Shown: positions 1 through 12,400, counted from the stretch's first letter. The stretch is DNA of 64,000 nucleotides from Octopus vulgaris (GCA_951406725.2 OX597836.1:28086001-28150000); one strand, 5' to 3'. Program-made: numbers and translations. The notes: generated by a model from the letters alone, not told the origin.

Positions 1-261
1 GGTTCAATTGCCTGAATATAATAACACAGATGATATTCCGACCCAACCAAGGAATCTGTCCCATTTCTTGTTTCAAATTACCGATTTTATCTGTTGTCAC
101 TCCTGACAAAATTATATTACTGTTTTGAGAGTTGGCGACGTGGAATTTGAACGCATCACGTACGAAGACGGAATATTGCAAGCCATCCCTTCCGAGTTTC
201 TAGCAATCCTGCCAACCCAGCGTCATACGGTTGAGGACTTTCTCTCACAGAAGAATCTAAT

Positions 262-1214
262 ATGGATCCTTACAGTATCGATTACTCGATGAAAAACATA
301 CCTATACCATCCAGGGGACTATACTCTAAAAATAAAAATCTATTGGATAAAGAATTACTGATCTTATTAAACGTATGAAATGGAAGACCTTCCATTACAA
401 CAATGAAGAATCTATCACAGAGAACATATACCACGAAATTAAATCAAAGAAATTCCCTCCCAAAATAAAGGATTTAGGGGACTTCGAAACAGATCTACTG
501 AAGCTTATAAACAAAACCAAGTTTCGTAAGTCCTTTAGCACTTTTCAACAGAATCTGAAAAAATACATTAAAACATTAAAAATTCCAAAAAATGGTACTT
601 TTCCTGATAAAACCAAAAACCTTGTACCTTATAGACAACAGCACATACTCACAACTCCTAAATAACAATGTTATTAGTAATTACACTAAAGCTAGTCCGC
701 AAGCTTATAACGACATTAATAAAGAAGCTAGTGTCATCGCCGCTAGGTTTAAATTAGATTTTAAAAAATAGAGATCCTTCCAAAAAAAAAAAGAGGCCTT
801 TATATCTATTAAGGACTATAAGAATAAATTCCTATCTAATCCTAAATGCAGACTAATTAACCCTGCAAAATTATAAATTGGTATAATTAGTAAGGAAATT
901 TTTTTTTTATTAATGCTAAAGTTAGAGGGGCGACTAATTTAGTACAATGGCCGAATAGTATAGAAGTTGTGAACTGGTTTAAAGCAACGAATAATAAGAA
1001 TAAATCCAGATTTACACAATTAGATATTGTAGATTTCTATGCATTCATAGGCGCAGGAGTGGCTGTTTGGTAAGTAGCTTGCTAACCAACCACATGGTTC
1101 CGGGTTCAGTCCCACTGCGTGGCATCTTGGGCACGTGTCTTCTGCTATAGCCCCGGGCCGACCAATGCCTTGTGAGTGGATTTGGTAGACGGAAACTGAA
1201 AGAAGCCTGTCGTA

Positions 1215-1246
<32 letters not shown>

Positions 1247-1910
1247 AGTGTGTGTGAATATGTTTGTGTGTCTGTGTTTGTTCCCCTAGCATTGCTTGAC
1301 AACCGATGCTGGTGTGTTTACGTCCCCGTAACTTAGCGGTTCGGCAAAAGAGACCGATAGAATAAGTACTGGGCTTACAAAGAATAAGGCCCGGGGTCGA
1401 TTTGCTCGACTAAAGGCGGTGCTCCAGCATGGCCGCAGTCAAATGACTGAAACAAGTAAAAAAAAAAAAAAATCTATTTCTAGAAAACTGCTAGATAAAG
1501 CCCTCACTTTCGCTGGCGATTTTACAGAGATTAATGAATAAGATAAGGATATAATCTTCCATATTAGAAATACGTTACTCTTCAGTGAGAACGCACAGTT
1601 GGCCGAGACAGCAGACACAGAGGGTTCTTTTGCTGTGAGCATGGGGTCATATGATGGAGCAGGCATATGCGAACTCACTGGGCTATTCCTGCTTGAGACG
1701 TTAGGAAATAGCTTTTTCGCTATTTATAGGGACAATGCTCTAATTTTAACTAAGAATACCAATGGACCAGCGCAAGATCGGTTAAGGAAGAATATTATCT
1801 AACTTATGAAAGCATTCGATCTTAGCATAACAATAGATACCAACCTGACGGTTGTCAATTTCCTTCACGTATCTCTAGATTTACAAAAGAATATCACAAA
1901 CTCTATAGAA
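262..1910 (+). mobile_element. Decayed Penelope-like element reverse transcriptase (Naiad-type motifs), interrupted by a SINE
   Basis: Frameshifted pieces read YSMKNIPIPSR, IKRMKWK, NPKCRLINPAK, FTQLDIVDFYA/SISRKLL (rejoined across the SINE), MGSYDGAGICELTGLFLL, IYRDNAL (degenerate YRDDGL) and VNFLHVSLDL. These match PLE RT motifs; multiple stops and frameshifts. Confidence 0.8.
1044..1472 (+). mobile_element. tRNA-derived SINE, family A (internal microsatellite, A-rich tail)
   Basis: Head taggcgcaggagtggctgtttggtaag...gggttcagtccc (A/B box-like), internal (TA)n(TG)n, 3' end cagcatggccgcagtcaaatgactgaaacaagt(a)n; about 15 full or partial copies in the window. Confidence 0.9.
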
Positions 1911-1960
1911 ATGCGTGAAATAAAAATTATAAAATGGCAACGATTTCCCTGTCACACCCT

Positions 1961-2551
1961 GTATGTATGTATGTATGTATGTATGTATGTATGCATGCAT
2001 GCATGTATGCATGCATGTATGTATGTAAGTATGTATGCATGCATGCATGTATGTATGTATGTATGCATGCATGCATGTATGTATGTATGTATGTATGTAT
2101 GCATGCATGCATGTATGTATGTATGTATGTATGTATGTATGCATGCATGCATGCATGTATGTAAGTATGTATGCATGCATGCATGCATGTATGTATGCAT
2201 GTGTGCATGCATGCATGCATGTATGTAAGTATGTATGCATGCATGCATGCATGTATGTATGTATGTATGCATGCATGCATGTATGTAAGTATGTATGCAT
2301 GCATGCATGCATGTATGTATGTATGTATGTATGCATGCATGTATGTATGTATGTATGTATGTGCATGCATGTATGTATGTATGTATGTATGTATGCATGC
2401 ATGTATGCATGTATGTATGTATGTATGTATGCATGCATGCATGTATGTATGTATGTATGTATGTATGTATGTATGTATGCATGCATGTATGTACGTATGT
2501 ATGTATGTATGTATGTATGTATGTATGTATGTACGTATGTATGTATGTATG
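1961..2551. repeat. Compound (ATGT)n/(ATGC)n microsatellite
   Basis: Visible tetranucleotide array; source of spurious MYVC/HTYI ORFs. Confidence 0.95.
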
Positions 2552-2554
2552 AAT

Positions 2555-2752
2555 AATTTCTGTTCCCTCAGCAATGTAACTACAAACGTGCTGTTGGCGA
2601 TATTTTTCCTTCTTTGGACTTTTCCCTTTCTCCTTTCTCACGAAGAGGCTCTGCTCGAAACGTCAAAAACTCTCCCTTTTTACTGAGCGCCAACCTAATA
2701 CATTCCTTGTTGTCTGTTATTGTTAATTATATTGTTCGTTTATTTTTACAAC
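2555..2752 (+). mobile_element. Diverged copy of the hammerhead-bearing ~200-bp (TA)n-associated element
   Basis: ctcacgaagaggctctgctcgaaacgtcaaa (degenerate hammerhead, 2634-2667) plus ctgagcg...taata, shared with 8324-8531; ends in (TA)n. Confidence 0.65.
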
Positions 2753-2854
<102 letters not shown>

Positions 2855-3264
2855 TGCAATAAAGAAAAGTATGTAATTACCATTATTGCTATCTTGTCTT
2901 TTATATATTTCTAATAGGAAATTCCTTACATGTCTCTCTAACGTGTAAATCTTTGTAATTCCTATTAGCAAATGAAACATGTGTAATGGAGAATAAATAA
3001 TACCAAAACATTTCCATTTTTCCTGTTTTGTTCTTCAACAACTCAGCAAATATTATTTCTATAGTACTCAATTTTAATGTGTCTTTCAATTTACATACAC
3101 CAGCAATTATGGACAGATATTGATTATGACAATGGAATAATCAGATGTGTTTCAAGAGGAAACAGTTCGAATTTACCTTATATATACGAGTTCATCTTTT
3201 CCCTGACTTATGGTCTCTTAGACGACTCACGCGTGTATATATATACATATATATACACACACAA

Positions 3265-3337
<73 letters not shown>

Positions 3338-3344
3338 GTTAATC

Positions 3345-3404
<60 letters not shown>

Positions 3405-3416
3405 TGTATATATATA

Positions 3417-3619
3417 GTTAGTCCAAATATGAAAACACAAAACAGAAAACACAGCAACGCGAGGAGGTGGAAAAAGTATAGTGTTATTGGACGCTCGGGA
3501 AAGGAAAAAAAGAAGGAGGATTTAACGTTTCGAGCGGAGCTCGTCGTCAGAAACATAGAAACGGATAAGATCCAAGGAAGGGAAGACGGAGGATAAAAAT
3601 CGCCAGCGATACACACGCG

Positions 3620-3621
<2 letters not shown>
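3417..3621 (-). mobile_element. Hammerhead-bearing ~200-bp non-autonomous element in (TA)n
   Basis: Reverse complement aligns by eye with 8324-8531, 45046-45228 and 57731-57938; flanked by (TA)n. Confidence 0.8.
3520..3554 (-). ncRNA. Minimal type I hammerhead ribozyme motif
   Basis: Minus strand GUUU-CUGACGA-C-GAGC-UCC-GCUC-GAA-ACGU-U-AAAU: intact CUGANGA/GAAA core, 4-bp stem II, palindromic ACGU stem III, short stem I. Confidence 0.75.
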
Positions 3622-3660
<39 letters not shown>

Positions 3661-3664
3661 TTTA

Positions 3665-3857
3665 TTCTTTAATTTGTTTCAGACATTTGACTGCTGACAT
3701 ACTGGAGCACCGCATATGCTCAAACAAATCGACCCCACGACTTATTCTTTGTAAACCTAGTACGTGGTCTATCGGTCTCTTTTGCCGAACCGCTAAATTA
3801 CGGGGACATAAACACACCAACATCGGTTGTCAAGCGATGGTGGGGGTACAAACACAG

Positions 3858-3935
<78 letters not shown>

Positions 3936-4100
3936 ACATATACTAATACGACGGGCTTCTTCCAGTTTCCGTCAACCAAATCCACTCACAAGGCTTTGGT
4001 CGGCCCGAGTCTATAGTAGAAGACACTTACTCGAGGTGCCACGCAGTAGGACTGAGCCCGGTACCATTTGGTTGGGAAGCAAGCTACGTACCACACAGCC
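3665..4100 (-). mobile_element. SINE family A
   Basis: Reverse complement of the 1044-1472 family. Confidence 0.85.
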
Positions 4101-4333
4101 TGGTCAGTAGTTCATAGATCCGAAAAGAAGCATACACTAGAACTTTAGACGGTTGCTTGTCATGACCGGTCGGAGAGTGGCCTTTGGTTACGCACCCATG
4201 ATGCTCTTAGCGGTATAGGCGGCTCCACGGTCTCGCTGGCCGGAAGTACATAACTTCTCTAAAGTTAAGCGTGGTATGAGGAAAACTTGGTTGTTGTTTT
4301 TAGCATTTTAGCAACTCGAACCAGTATTTACAG

Positions 4334-4410
<77 letters not shown>

Positions 4411-4411
<1 letters not shown>

Positions 4412-4641
4412 CAGAAGACATCGAGAGATGGAACTGAGAAGTGGTGAGGGAATCTGAGAAAGATAGGCAAGGAGTGGGTGTATGGTGGGGGTCAGAAGAA
4501 AGCAGTGATTAAGGGAACAAAACGGTAAAATTGAAAGAAATGAAGGAGGTCTGTATCATCATATGTGTGTATAGATGTATGTATGTTTTAATGGGTGTAT
4601 GTGTTACAGACACAGACAAATATTTACCTAGGCATATATCC

Positions 4642-4691
<50 letters not shown>

Positions 4692-4756
4692 CTCTCGCTC
4701 CCTCTCTCTCTCCCCCCTCTCCCTCTCTCTATCTCTCTCTCCCACTCTCTCTCTCC

Positions 4757-4792
<36 letters not shown>

Positions 4793-4932
4793 GCCATTCT
4801 CTTTCTTTCTCTCCCTCGTTGGGGAGTAGCTGTCTGCATGGTGTGTGGGCGCACGTGTGTATGTGTGCACGTGTGTTTGCGCGCACGTGTGCGTTAAATT
4901 GTATATAAGTTGCGTGTGTGTGTGTGTGCGTT

Positions 4933-4963
<31 letters not shown>

Positions 4964-5336
4964 GAGCGCTTGTGTGTGTGTGTGTGTGTGCGTGTGTGTG
5001 TGTGTGTGTGCGTGTGTGCGTGTGTGCGTGTACGCGCTTGCGTACGTTTCTTCTTCTTCTTCTTTCTGGTGCCCTCTTTTACCTCCCGTCTCCTTCTTTG
5101 CTCCCTCAGAAGACATCGAGAGATGGAACTGAGAAGTGGTGAGGGAATCTGAGAAAGATAGGCAAGGAGTGGGTGTATGGTGGGGGTCAGAAGAAAGCAG
5201 TGATTAAGGGAAAAAAACGGTAAAATTGAAAGAAATGAAGGAGGTCTGTATCATCATATGTGTGTATAGATGTATGTATGTTTTAATGGGTGTATGTGTT
5301 ACAGACACAGACAAATATTTACCTAGGCATATATCC

Positions 5337-5340
<4 letters not shown>
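4411..5340 (+). repeat. Local direct duplication of ~235 bp (4411-4645 and 5106-5340)
   Basis: tcagaagacatcgagagatggaactg...ctaggcatatatcc occurs twice, nearly identical. Confidence 0.9.
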
Positions 5341-5368
<28 letters not shown>

Positions 5369-5423
5369 GTATATATATATGTATGTATGTATGCATGTGT
5401 ATGTATATATATATATATATATA

Positions 5424-5811
5424 CTAGCAGTATCGCCCGGCGTTGCTCAGGTTTGTAAGGGAAATAACTATAAAGCATTTTTAGAGAGTTATAGCCAGAA
5501 AATAGCAAAGAAATGGAAAAAAATGATGGTAAATTTTTTTTGAGAGTAAAAAAAGGTGGAGTTGCGTCCCCTAGACAGTTTGCGGTTTGTGTTTCTGATT
5601 CTCGACCCCATGTCGAATTTATCGATTTTTTTCAGAACTGGGGGAACTGGAGGAACAAAATTTTCGCTGCGTTAGTTTTGAATTATGACATTGGGCTATG
5701 TGTGTGTCAAGTTTCATCAGAATCGGTTGAAAGCCGTGGTCAGGGTGAGGGTACAAGCAAACAGACACACAGAAACACGCACAGACAAACTGCCGTTTAT
5801 ATAGAGAGAGA
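5424..5811 (-). mobile_element. Non-autonomous Helitron
   Basis: Minus strand begins TC(tc)tatataaacggc and ends with a GC hairpin and tactgCTAG, between A and T; near-identical to 28395-28779. Confidence 0.8.
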
Positions 5812-5815
5812 TATA

Positions 5816-7112
5816 CACGAGGGGCGTTCAATAAGTAATGCCTCTGACCCACTTGCCGTTGTTTGATCTAGCTGAAATTTTGCATGTGCAATTATTTATA
5901 TCTCTATAGATTAAGTGGCAAATTACAGCTCCGAACTAATTGTGGTTTCTGATTTACATGTGTTTGAAATGAGTCAAGTGGGAAATGGAGCCTGTTGAGT
6001 GTCGAGCAGTGATCCGGTTTTTGTATTTGAAATGACGCACACCACTGGAGACTTTTGATGAAATGAAAGTAACTTATGGTGATGATGCCCCATCATATTA
6101 ACTTGTAAAACGCTGGCATCGTGAATTCAAACATGGTCGGAACTCTGTGGAAACAGCTCCCAGATCTGGTCGCACCCCTTCTGTCATTGATGAGGCATCT
6201 GTCCGTCAAGTTAAGGCTGCCATTTTGAAAGATCGACGCATAACTATTCGCCAAATAGCCCATGAGGTCAAGATTAGTACCGGGTCTGTGGAAACTATCA
6301 TTCATGACCATTTGCATATGCAAAAGGTGTCTGCCAGATGTATTCCCAGGTTGCTCACACTTTTCCAGAAGCAAGAACGCGTCGAGTGCTCGAGGATGAA
6401 TTTAGGGATGTGCCAAGAAGATGAGTCTAAATTTTTCAAAAGACTGATTACACAGGATGAGACCTGGGTCCATCACTATGATCCAGAGACCAAAGCCCAG
6501 CCAATGCAGTGGAAGCACCATGACACACCTCCCCCAAAGAAGGCAAGGGTGCAGCCCTCCACTGGCAAGGTCATGCTCACAGTCTTCTGGGACCAGGACG
6601 GAGTAGTGATGACAGATTTCCTGGCAAATGGTACCACAATTACAGGAGCCTATCATGCTTCACTTTTGAGGAAATTAAGAGAAGCTATCGAAACCAAGAG
6701 GCGGGGCAAGATCAGCAAAGACATCCTCCTCTTGCAGGACAACGTTCCGGTCCACAACCCGTGTGTCGCCAGATCAGAAGCACAGGCGTGCGGCTATGAA
6801 CTCTTCCCCCATCCCCCTACTCTCCTGACCTTGCACCCTCTGATTTTCACCTCTTTCCAGCCATGAAGTTGTTTTTGAAAGGAAAGCGTTTCCCAGATGA
6901 TGCAGCCTTGATTTCTGAAGTCACGTAGTGATTGGAGGACCAAGCTGGGGGTCTTCTACGAAAACGGTCTCCAGAGCTGCATCAAACGATGGGAGAAATG
7001 CGTAACTTTGGGTTTTTCCTATGTAGAAAAAGACTAATACCTGTGCCAAGTTTCGTTGCTCTACTGCTATGGGAAGTGGATCAGGGGCATTACTTATTGA
7101 ACGTCCCTCGTA
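5816..7112 (+). mobile_element. Full-length mariner (DD34D) DNA transposon, inactive
   Basis: ~40-bp imperfect TIRs (yacgaggg.cgttcaataagtaatgcc.ctga.ccactt), TA flanks, ~1.3 kb. Confidence 0.95.
5985..7037 (+). pseudogene. Mariner transposase pseudogene
   Basis: MEPVECRAVIRFL start, RSGR, CIPRLL (WVPRLL-like), QDETWVHHYDPE, LQDN, and YSPDLAPSDF after a frameshift near 6816; in-frame stops at 6033 and 6099 and further stops near 6926. Confidence 0.92.
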
Positions 7113-7136
7113 TATATGTATAAAAAATATATATAA

Positions 7137-7360
7137 AAATACAAACTGGGACAAGAACGCAAAACATTTAGAAGACGATACAAAAAACACGGACGGGACA
7201 TTCGAAGCCTTCAATCTTCAGTCAAGAACCGGATCATCCTCGCAATTTCGGCTGATTAATCTTGAGATCGCTCCGATCCGGCCAACCCCAAGGAAAAACT
7301 AAGCTACGAGCATTAAATTTCTTGGAAAAAGGATCGAATGTATACGAAACAAGGACAGAA
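7137..7360 (-). mobile_element. TA-flanked interspersed repeat homologous to 60850-61083
   Basis: Reverse complement shares tgctcgtag.ttag, gccgaaa, ctgaaga..gaaggct.cgaatg.cccg and gcgttcttgt.cca with 60850-61083. Confidence 0.65.
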
Positions 7361-7371
7361 AACCCTTTGTA

Positions 7372-7510
7372 TTACAGGTACCACTCATTTTCTGCTACTT
7401 CAGTGGACTGGAGCAACGTGAAATGAAATGCTTTGCTAAAGGACACAATTTGTCGCTGGAAATTGAACTCATGACCGTAAGGTCGTGAGCCAAATGCCCT
7501 AACCACTAAG
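7372..7510 (-). mobile_element. tRNA-derived SINE family B fragment
   Basis: Reverse complement ttagtggttagggcatttggctcacgacc...gagttcaattt...atttcacgttgctccagtccact matches 57299-57625. Confidence 0.75.
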
Positions 7511-7677
7511 CTAATATATATACTGTAATTACTTACAATTACAATTACATACCAGATGGCTGGTATGTAATTGTATAATAGTATTTCTGTATTTGTTTTT
7601 GTATATTGTGTGTAAAAACATCCTGATGAGAGGAGTGTCAGTTTTGAAAATATGAAATATGTCATATTACTCGGCAT

Positions 7678-7910
7678 GTCGTTGCGTATGAGTATGCATG
7701 TACCATTCTTTAAGAATAAAGCACTGCGGTTAATTCGTTTGACTAACTTCGCAGCATATCTGCAATCGAATGACTAAAGCAGGTAGTGTATGTGTGTGTG
7801 AGCGAGTGTGTGTGTGTACATGTATGTGTGTATGTATGTACATGTATAAAAGAACGCAAGTGGGATTCAAAATTCACAACAGCTGTTTCGACATTTTACT
7901 GATGCATTCG
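7678..7910 (+). repeat. ~240-bp segment duplicated at 10318-10588
   Basis: cgttgcgtatgagtatg...gactaacttcgcagcatatctgcaatc...cacaacagctgtttcgac present at both sites. Confidence 0.85.
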
Positions 7911-8323
7911 TAGATGGAACTTTAAATTTCTAAATTTTTGTATGATTTTCGGGGGATTTTAGTACGTCCTTTTAATGTTTTATCATCTCAAATTTTGTCT
8001 TATACCAATGTATTATAACTTTTAAATGTAAATTCACTGTGTTTTATGTATAACATCGATTTTTATCTATTTATATATATTTTTATATTTATATATTTGG
8101 AATTTATATATCCGTTTTGTAAATATGGAAGAATATATGTATGTATTAGATTTTCGAGTGTGGATCTTAATTATGTTTCTCTAGTTTCCGCTTAATTGAA
8201 ATTAAGAAGTGGGATATAGCTCACTTGGGGCACTACAACTCCAGTATGTATTTCATTTGCGAGTATTGTTAACACTAGCAATCTCAAAATAAAGCTGTGT
8301 ATTTTATATATATATATATATAT

Positions 8324-8531
8324 GTGTGACCTCGTGTGTACCGTTGGCGATTGTTTTTCCTCTGTCTTCCCTTCTCTGGATCTTTCCTTCTCCTATGTTT
8401 CCGACGAAGAGCTCCGCTCGAAACGTTAAACCCTCCTTCTTTCCTTCTTTCCTGAGCGTCCAATAATACTATATTTGTTCCACGCCCTCGCGTTGTTGTG
8501 ATTTTTTTTGTGCTTTCGTGTTTGGATTAAC
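8324..8531 (+). mobile_element. Hammerhead-bearing ~200-bp element in (TA)n
   Basis: Hammerhead variant GUUU-CCGACGA-A-GAGC-UCC-GCUC-GAA-ACGU-U-AAAC at 8397-8431; 3' end tttggattaac(ta)n. Confidence 0.8.
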
Positions 8532-8891
8532 TATATATATATATATAAATATATATATATACCGGAGTAAACACATAAATGTGAAACAAGGTGGAAAAAA
8601 GAGTACTCAAATACCAGTGGTAGAGTAATATGCTTTATTTTTTCCTCGAATTATATAATTTTATATATATATATTTATTTTTTTTTGAGCTCATTTTTTG
8701 TTTATCGCTCGAAAATTGAGCGTTATTTGTAAAGGACCAATCAAACAAGTCCATTTTTAAAGGCGTAGCGTTTATACTAGTCTGGATAGAATTGACATAT
8801 CAGTTCTATTCTAGCAAAAACTGTCCGACGAACGGCAACGTGAAACTCAAAGTAACAGGTTTTGTTGAATTTTCTGCTGCTTTAAATAAAG

Positions 8892-8924
<33 letters not shown>

Positions 8925-8929
8925 GTATG

Positions 8930-8996
<67 letters not shown>

Positions 8997-9100
8997 TGTA
9001 TGCGTGTGTATGTATGTAATGTATGTATTTACGTACGTGTGTGTGTATGTATGTATGTATGTATGTATGTATGTATGTATGTATGTATGTATGTATGTAT

Positions 9101-9450
9101 AGGCGCATGACACAGTGGTTAGAGCGTCAGGCTTGCAATCATGAGGTATTGAGTTCGATTCCTTAACCGGGCTCTGCGCTGTGTTCTTGAGCAAGACACT
9201 TTATTTCACGTTGCTCCAGTTCACTCATCTGTATAAATAAGTTGTGACGTCACTGGTGCCAAGCTGTTATCAGCCTTTGTCTTTCACTTGGAAAACATTG
9301 GCGGCATGCATGGTATGCACACCATGTTGCTATGCATGGGCGACCGCTGGTCTTCCGTAAACGACCGTGCCGGACTTGTACATCGGAGACGAACATTGTA
9401 GGCGCAATCCCATGGTCATTCGTGACCCGAGGTGGTCTTTACCCTTTACT
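9101..9450 (+). mobile_element. SINE family B (tRNA head plus CORE-like segment)
   Basis: ggcgcatgacacagtggttagagcg...gagttcgattcc...gtgttcttgagcaagacactttatttcacgttgctccag. Confidence 0.85.
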
Positions 9451-9884
9451 CTTCATGTATGCATATATGCATGCATGTGTGCGTATGTGTATGTATGTAT
9501 ATAATGTATGCATTTATGTATGTATGTATTTGCCCATTCATTCTTGTAAGAGAGAGATACTATACAGCGACCAGTATTAAATAATCATTTGCCACGCAAA
9601 CACACACACACACACACATGTACACACCTTCTATCTAATGAATGGATTTATTCATTATAAGAATTGTATCTGCTTAAAATCTGTCATTATCAATCATCGC
9701 AAAAACCCAACAGACGTTACAAGTTCTGGTGAGTAGACACTGAAATAAACGTCTGCCATTGTAAGTTCCTTCGCACCGAGATTGTATTTAAAGTAGCTAT
9801 CTATATATCATATTCAATGCACACGGTCCCTTGATGGTCCAGTTAGTGCCGTATTTGTGCTGAGATATCATCTCTATTAATTTC

Positions 9885-10017
9885 GTGTGGCTGCGTCATG
9901 TGGTCTTCCGGTGAGTCCCACAGCGCAGTACCTTGGGCAAGTATCTTTTACTATAGCCCCGGGCCGACCAAAGCCTCGTGAGTGAATTTGTCAGATGGAA
10001 ACTAAAACAGGCTAGTT
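9885..10017 (+). mobile_element. SINE family A, 5' part
   Basis: ccttgggcaagtatctttt...gggccgaccaaagcc...ggaaactaaa. Confidence 0.75.
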
Positions 10018-10039
10018 GTGTGTGTGTGTGTACATGTAC

Positions 10040-10083
<44 letters not shown>

Positions 10084-10178
10084 ATGTATATATATGTATG
10101 TATATGTATCTATATATGCATGTGTATATATATGTATATGTATATATATATATGTATATATGCATGTGTATGTATATA

Positions 10179-10221
<43 letters not shown>

Positions 10222-10238
10222 GTATATATATATGTATA

Positions 10239-10315
<77 letters not shown>

Positions 10316-10749
10316 TACGTTGCGTATGAGTATGTATGTACCATTCTTTAAGAATAAAGCTCTGCGATCAATTCATTTGACTAACTTCGCAGCATATCTG
10401 CAATCCAATGACTAAAGCAGGTAGTGTATGTATGTGTGAGCGAGTGTGTGTGTGTGAGCGAGTGTGTGTGTGTGAGCGAGTGAGTGTGTGTGCACATGTA
10501 TGTGTGTATGCATGTACATGTATAAAAGAACGCAAGTGGGATACAAAACTCACAACAGCTGTTTCGACAACATTTTACTGATGCATTCTTATTGATGTAT
10601 TCTTCCTAGCAAGAGATCCACCATCACCTGGTGAGCGATTCGTCTATTTCTCTACCTGACCTGTTTCTTTCTTCGTGTATGTATGTATGTATGTATGTAT
10701 GTATGTATGTATGTATGTATGTATGTATGTATGTATGTATGTATGTATA

Positions 10750-10935
10750 TGGTTCAAATTTACAGGAAACAAAAAGACAGGTGAGGGATCAACAAGCAGG
10801 TGTATTAGATTGACGCTTGTGAAGAATGGAAAAGTCTTTGACGTTTCGTGCCTACGCTCTTCGGCAGAAAAAGGTTGAAAAGAAAAATGGAGATAGAACG
10901 AAAAGCGAAGAGGGAAAAATGTGTGGATATTAACA
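10750..10935 (-). mobile_element. Diverged hammerhead-bearing element
   Basis: Minus strand uuuu-CUGCCGA-A-GAGC-GUAG-GCAC-GAA-ACGU-C-AAAG at 10836-10871; downstream aagcgtcaatctaatac resembles the 2555-2752 copy. Confidence 0.6.
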
Positions 10936-11003
10936 TAATGAAATGACTGTGTGTGTGTAGATATATGTATGTATGTATTATGTAGGTATGAATGTATGTA
11001 TAG

Positions 11004-11075
<72 letters not shown>

Positions 11076-11081
11076 ATGTAA

Positions 11082-11118
<37 letters not shown>

Positions 11119-11173
11119 AATATACATATATACATACATTCACATATTTACATTTATCACTGTCGCTCGCTCG

Positions 11174-11227
<54 letters not shown>

Positions 11228-11284
11228 CCTTTTGTTTCACAAAACGAGATAAAATAAGTACCAGATTTGCTGGCCAAAAACTGA

Positions 11285-11890
11285 AATCAATATTATTATT
11301 TCGGAGGAAATTTGCGGTTGTTGTCAGAATCTTCTGGGTTTTAATGTCTATAGAGAGGATTTTCTCTTTAGAGCAATCTATTATTCCAAACGCTGGTATC
11401 TGAATGGGTACTGCAAATGTATTGTGGGAGATTGTCTTGTAAGTGGAAAGCTCTGGCTGCCATATTTTGTTAAGTCGTATATAATATTCCTTGATTACTT
11501 CTTGTTCACAATGTCTTTGTGTGGAGGCACATGGCCTAGTGGTTATAGCAGCGGACTCGCGGTCGAGGGATCGCGAGTTCGAATCTCAGACCGGGCGATG
11601 TGTGTGTTTATGAGTGAAACACCTAAGCTCCACGCAGCTCCGGCAGAAGGTAACGGCGAAACTTCTGCTGATTCTTTCGCCACAACTTTCTCTCACTCTT
11701 TCCACCTGCATCTTGCAGCTCACCTGCGATGGACCAGTGTCCCGTCCAGGTGGGAAACCTATACGCCATGGAAACCGGGAAACCGGCCCTTATGGGCCAG
11801 GCATGGCTCGAGAAGGAACAAGCAACAACAATGTCTTTGTGTGATACATTTCCATCGATACCTAGGTATTCGTAAAACTCGTTATGTGAA
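11285..11890 (-). mobile_element. R4/Dong-like non-LTR retrotransposon RT C-terminal fragment, interrupted by a SINE
   Basis: Minus-strand translation YEYLGIDGNV...KEYYIRLNKIWQPELS...HNTFAVP..PAFGIIDCSKEKILSIDIKTQKILT. Confidence 0.7.
11524..11827 (+). mobile_element. SINE family C with 16-bp TSD
   Basis: tRNA-like head gaggcacatggcctagtggtt...gagttcgaatctc; TSD acaatgtctttgtgtg at 11508-11523 and 11828-11843; (aac)n tail. Confidence 0.9.
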
Positions 11891-12044
11891 ACAGGGGGGA
11901 GAGAGAGAGAGAGAGAGGAAGAGAGAGAGAGAGGAAGAGAGAGAGAGAGAGAGAGCAGTGATATAACCAAAACTAGAAAAGGATTGAAAAATTAACATAA
12001 AGTACAGCCCCTCTTGAACTCGTTACCGATAAATAACGTCATAT

Positions 12045-12400
12045 TTCGAAGGGAATGCTTTCTCAACCCAAGAACTGGAGATAGCTAAGAAATACCTAAA
12101 CAGCAAACAAGGTGATGAAGCTCTTAAACACTTGGGACGCAACTGCAAATGTCGATTATGTCCTTCTTTTGTGGAGGACATAACTCACGTAATCAACAGC
12201 TGTTTCAAAATGCTATCGTATTACCTTCCACTTCGACATAATGTTACTGCTAAAACAATATACAATACCGTCTGTAGAAAAGACTGCCCCGGGTTTAATA
12301 TAAACAACACTTCTGTAATTGAATACATAGGCGCATATCGGCGCAAAGCATACTGGCGGAACATTACCATCAAAAGTTCAACCAAGTGCAAGCATGGCAG
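12045..12400 (+). mobile_element. R4/Dong-like LINE zinc-knuckle/RLE fragment
   Basis: EGNAFSTQELEI, KCRLC..EDITHVINSC (CCHC), YLPLRHN.TAKTIY and YWRNITIK..KCKH. Confidence 0.75.

Noticed and set aside
7620-7675. ctgatgagagg...tgaaa as a hammerhead
   Set aside because: No convincing stems I-III.
7875-7895. Minus-strand GAAACAGCUGUU (hammerhead 3' half with palindromic stem III), also near 10550
   Set aside because: No matching CUGANGA half found at a plausible position.
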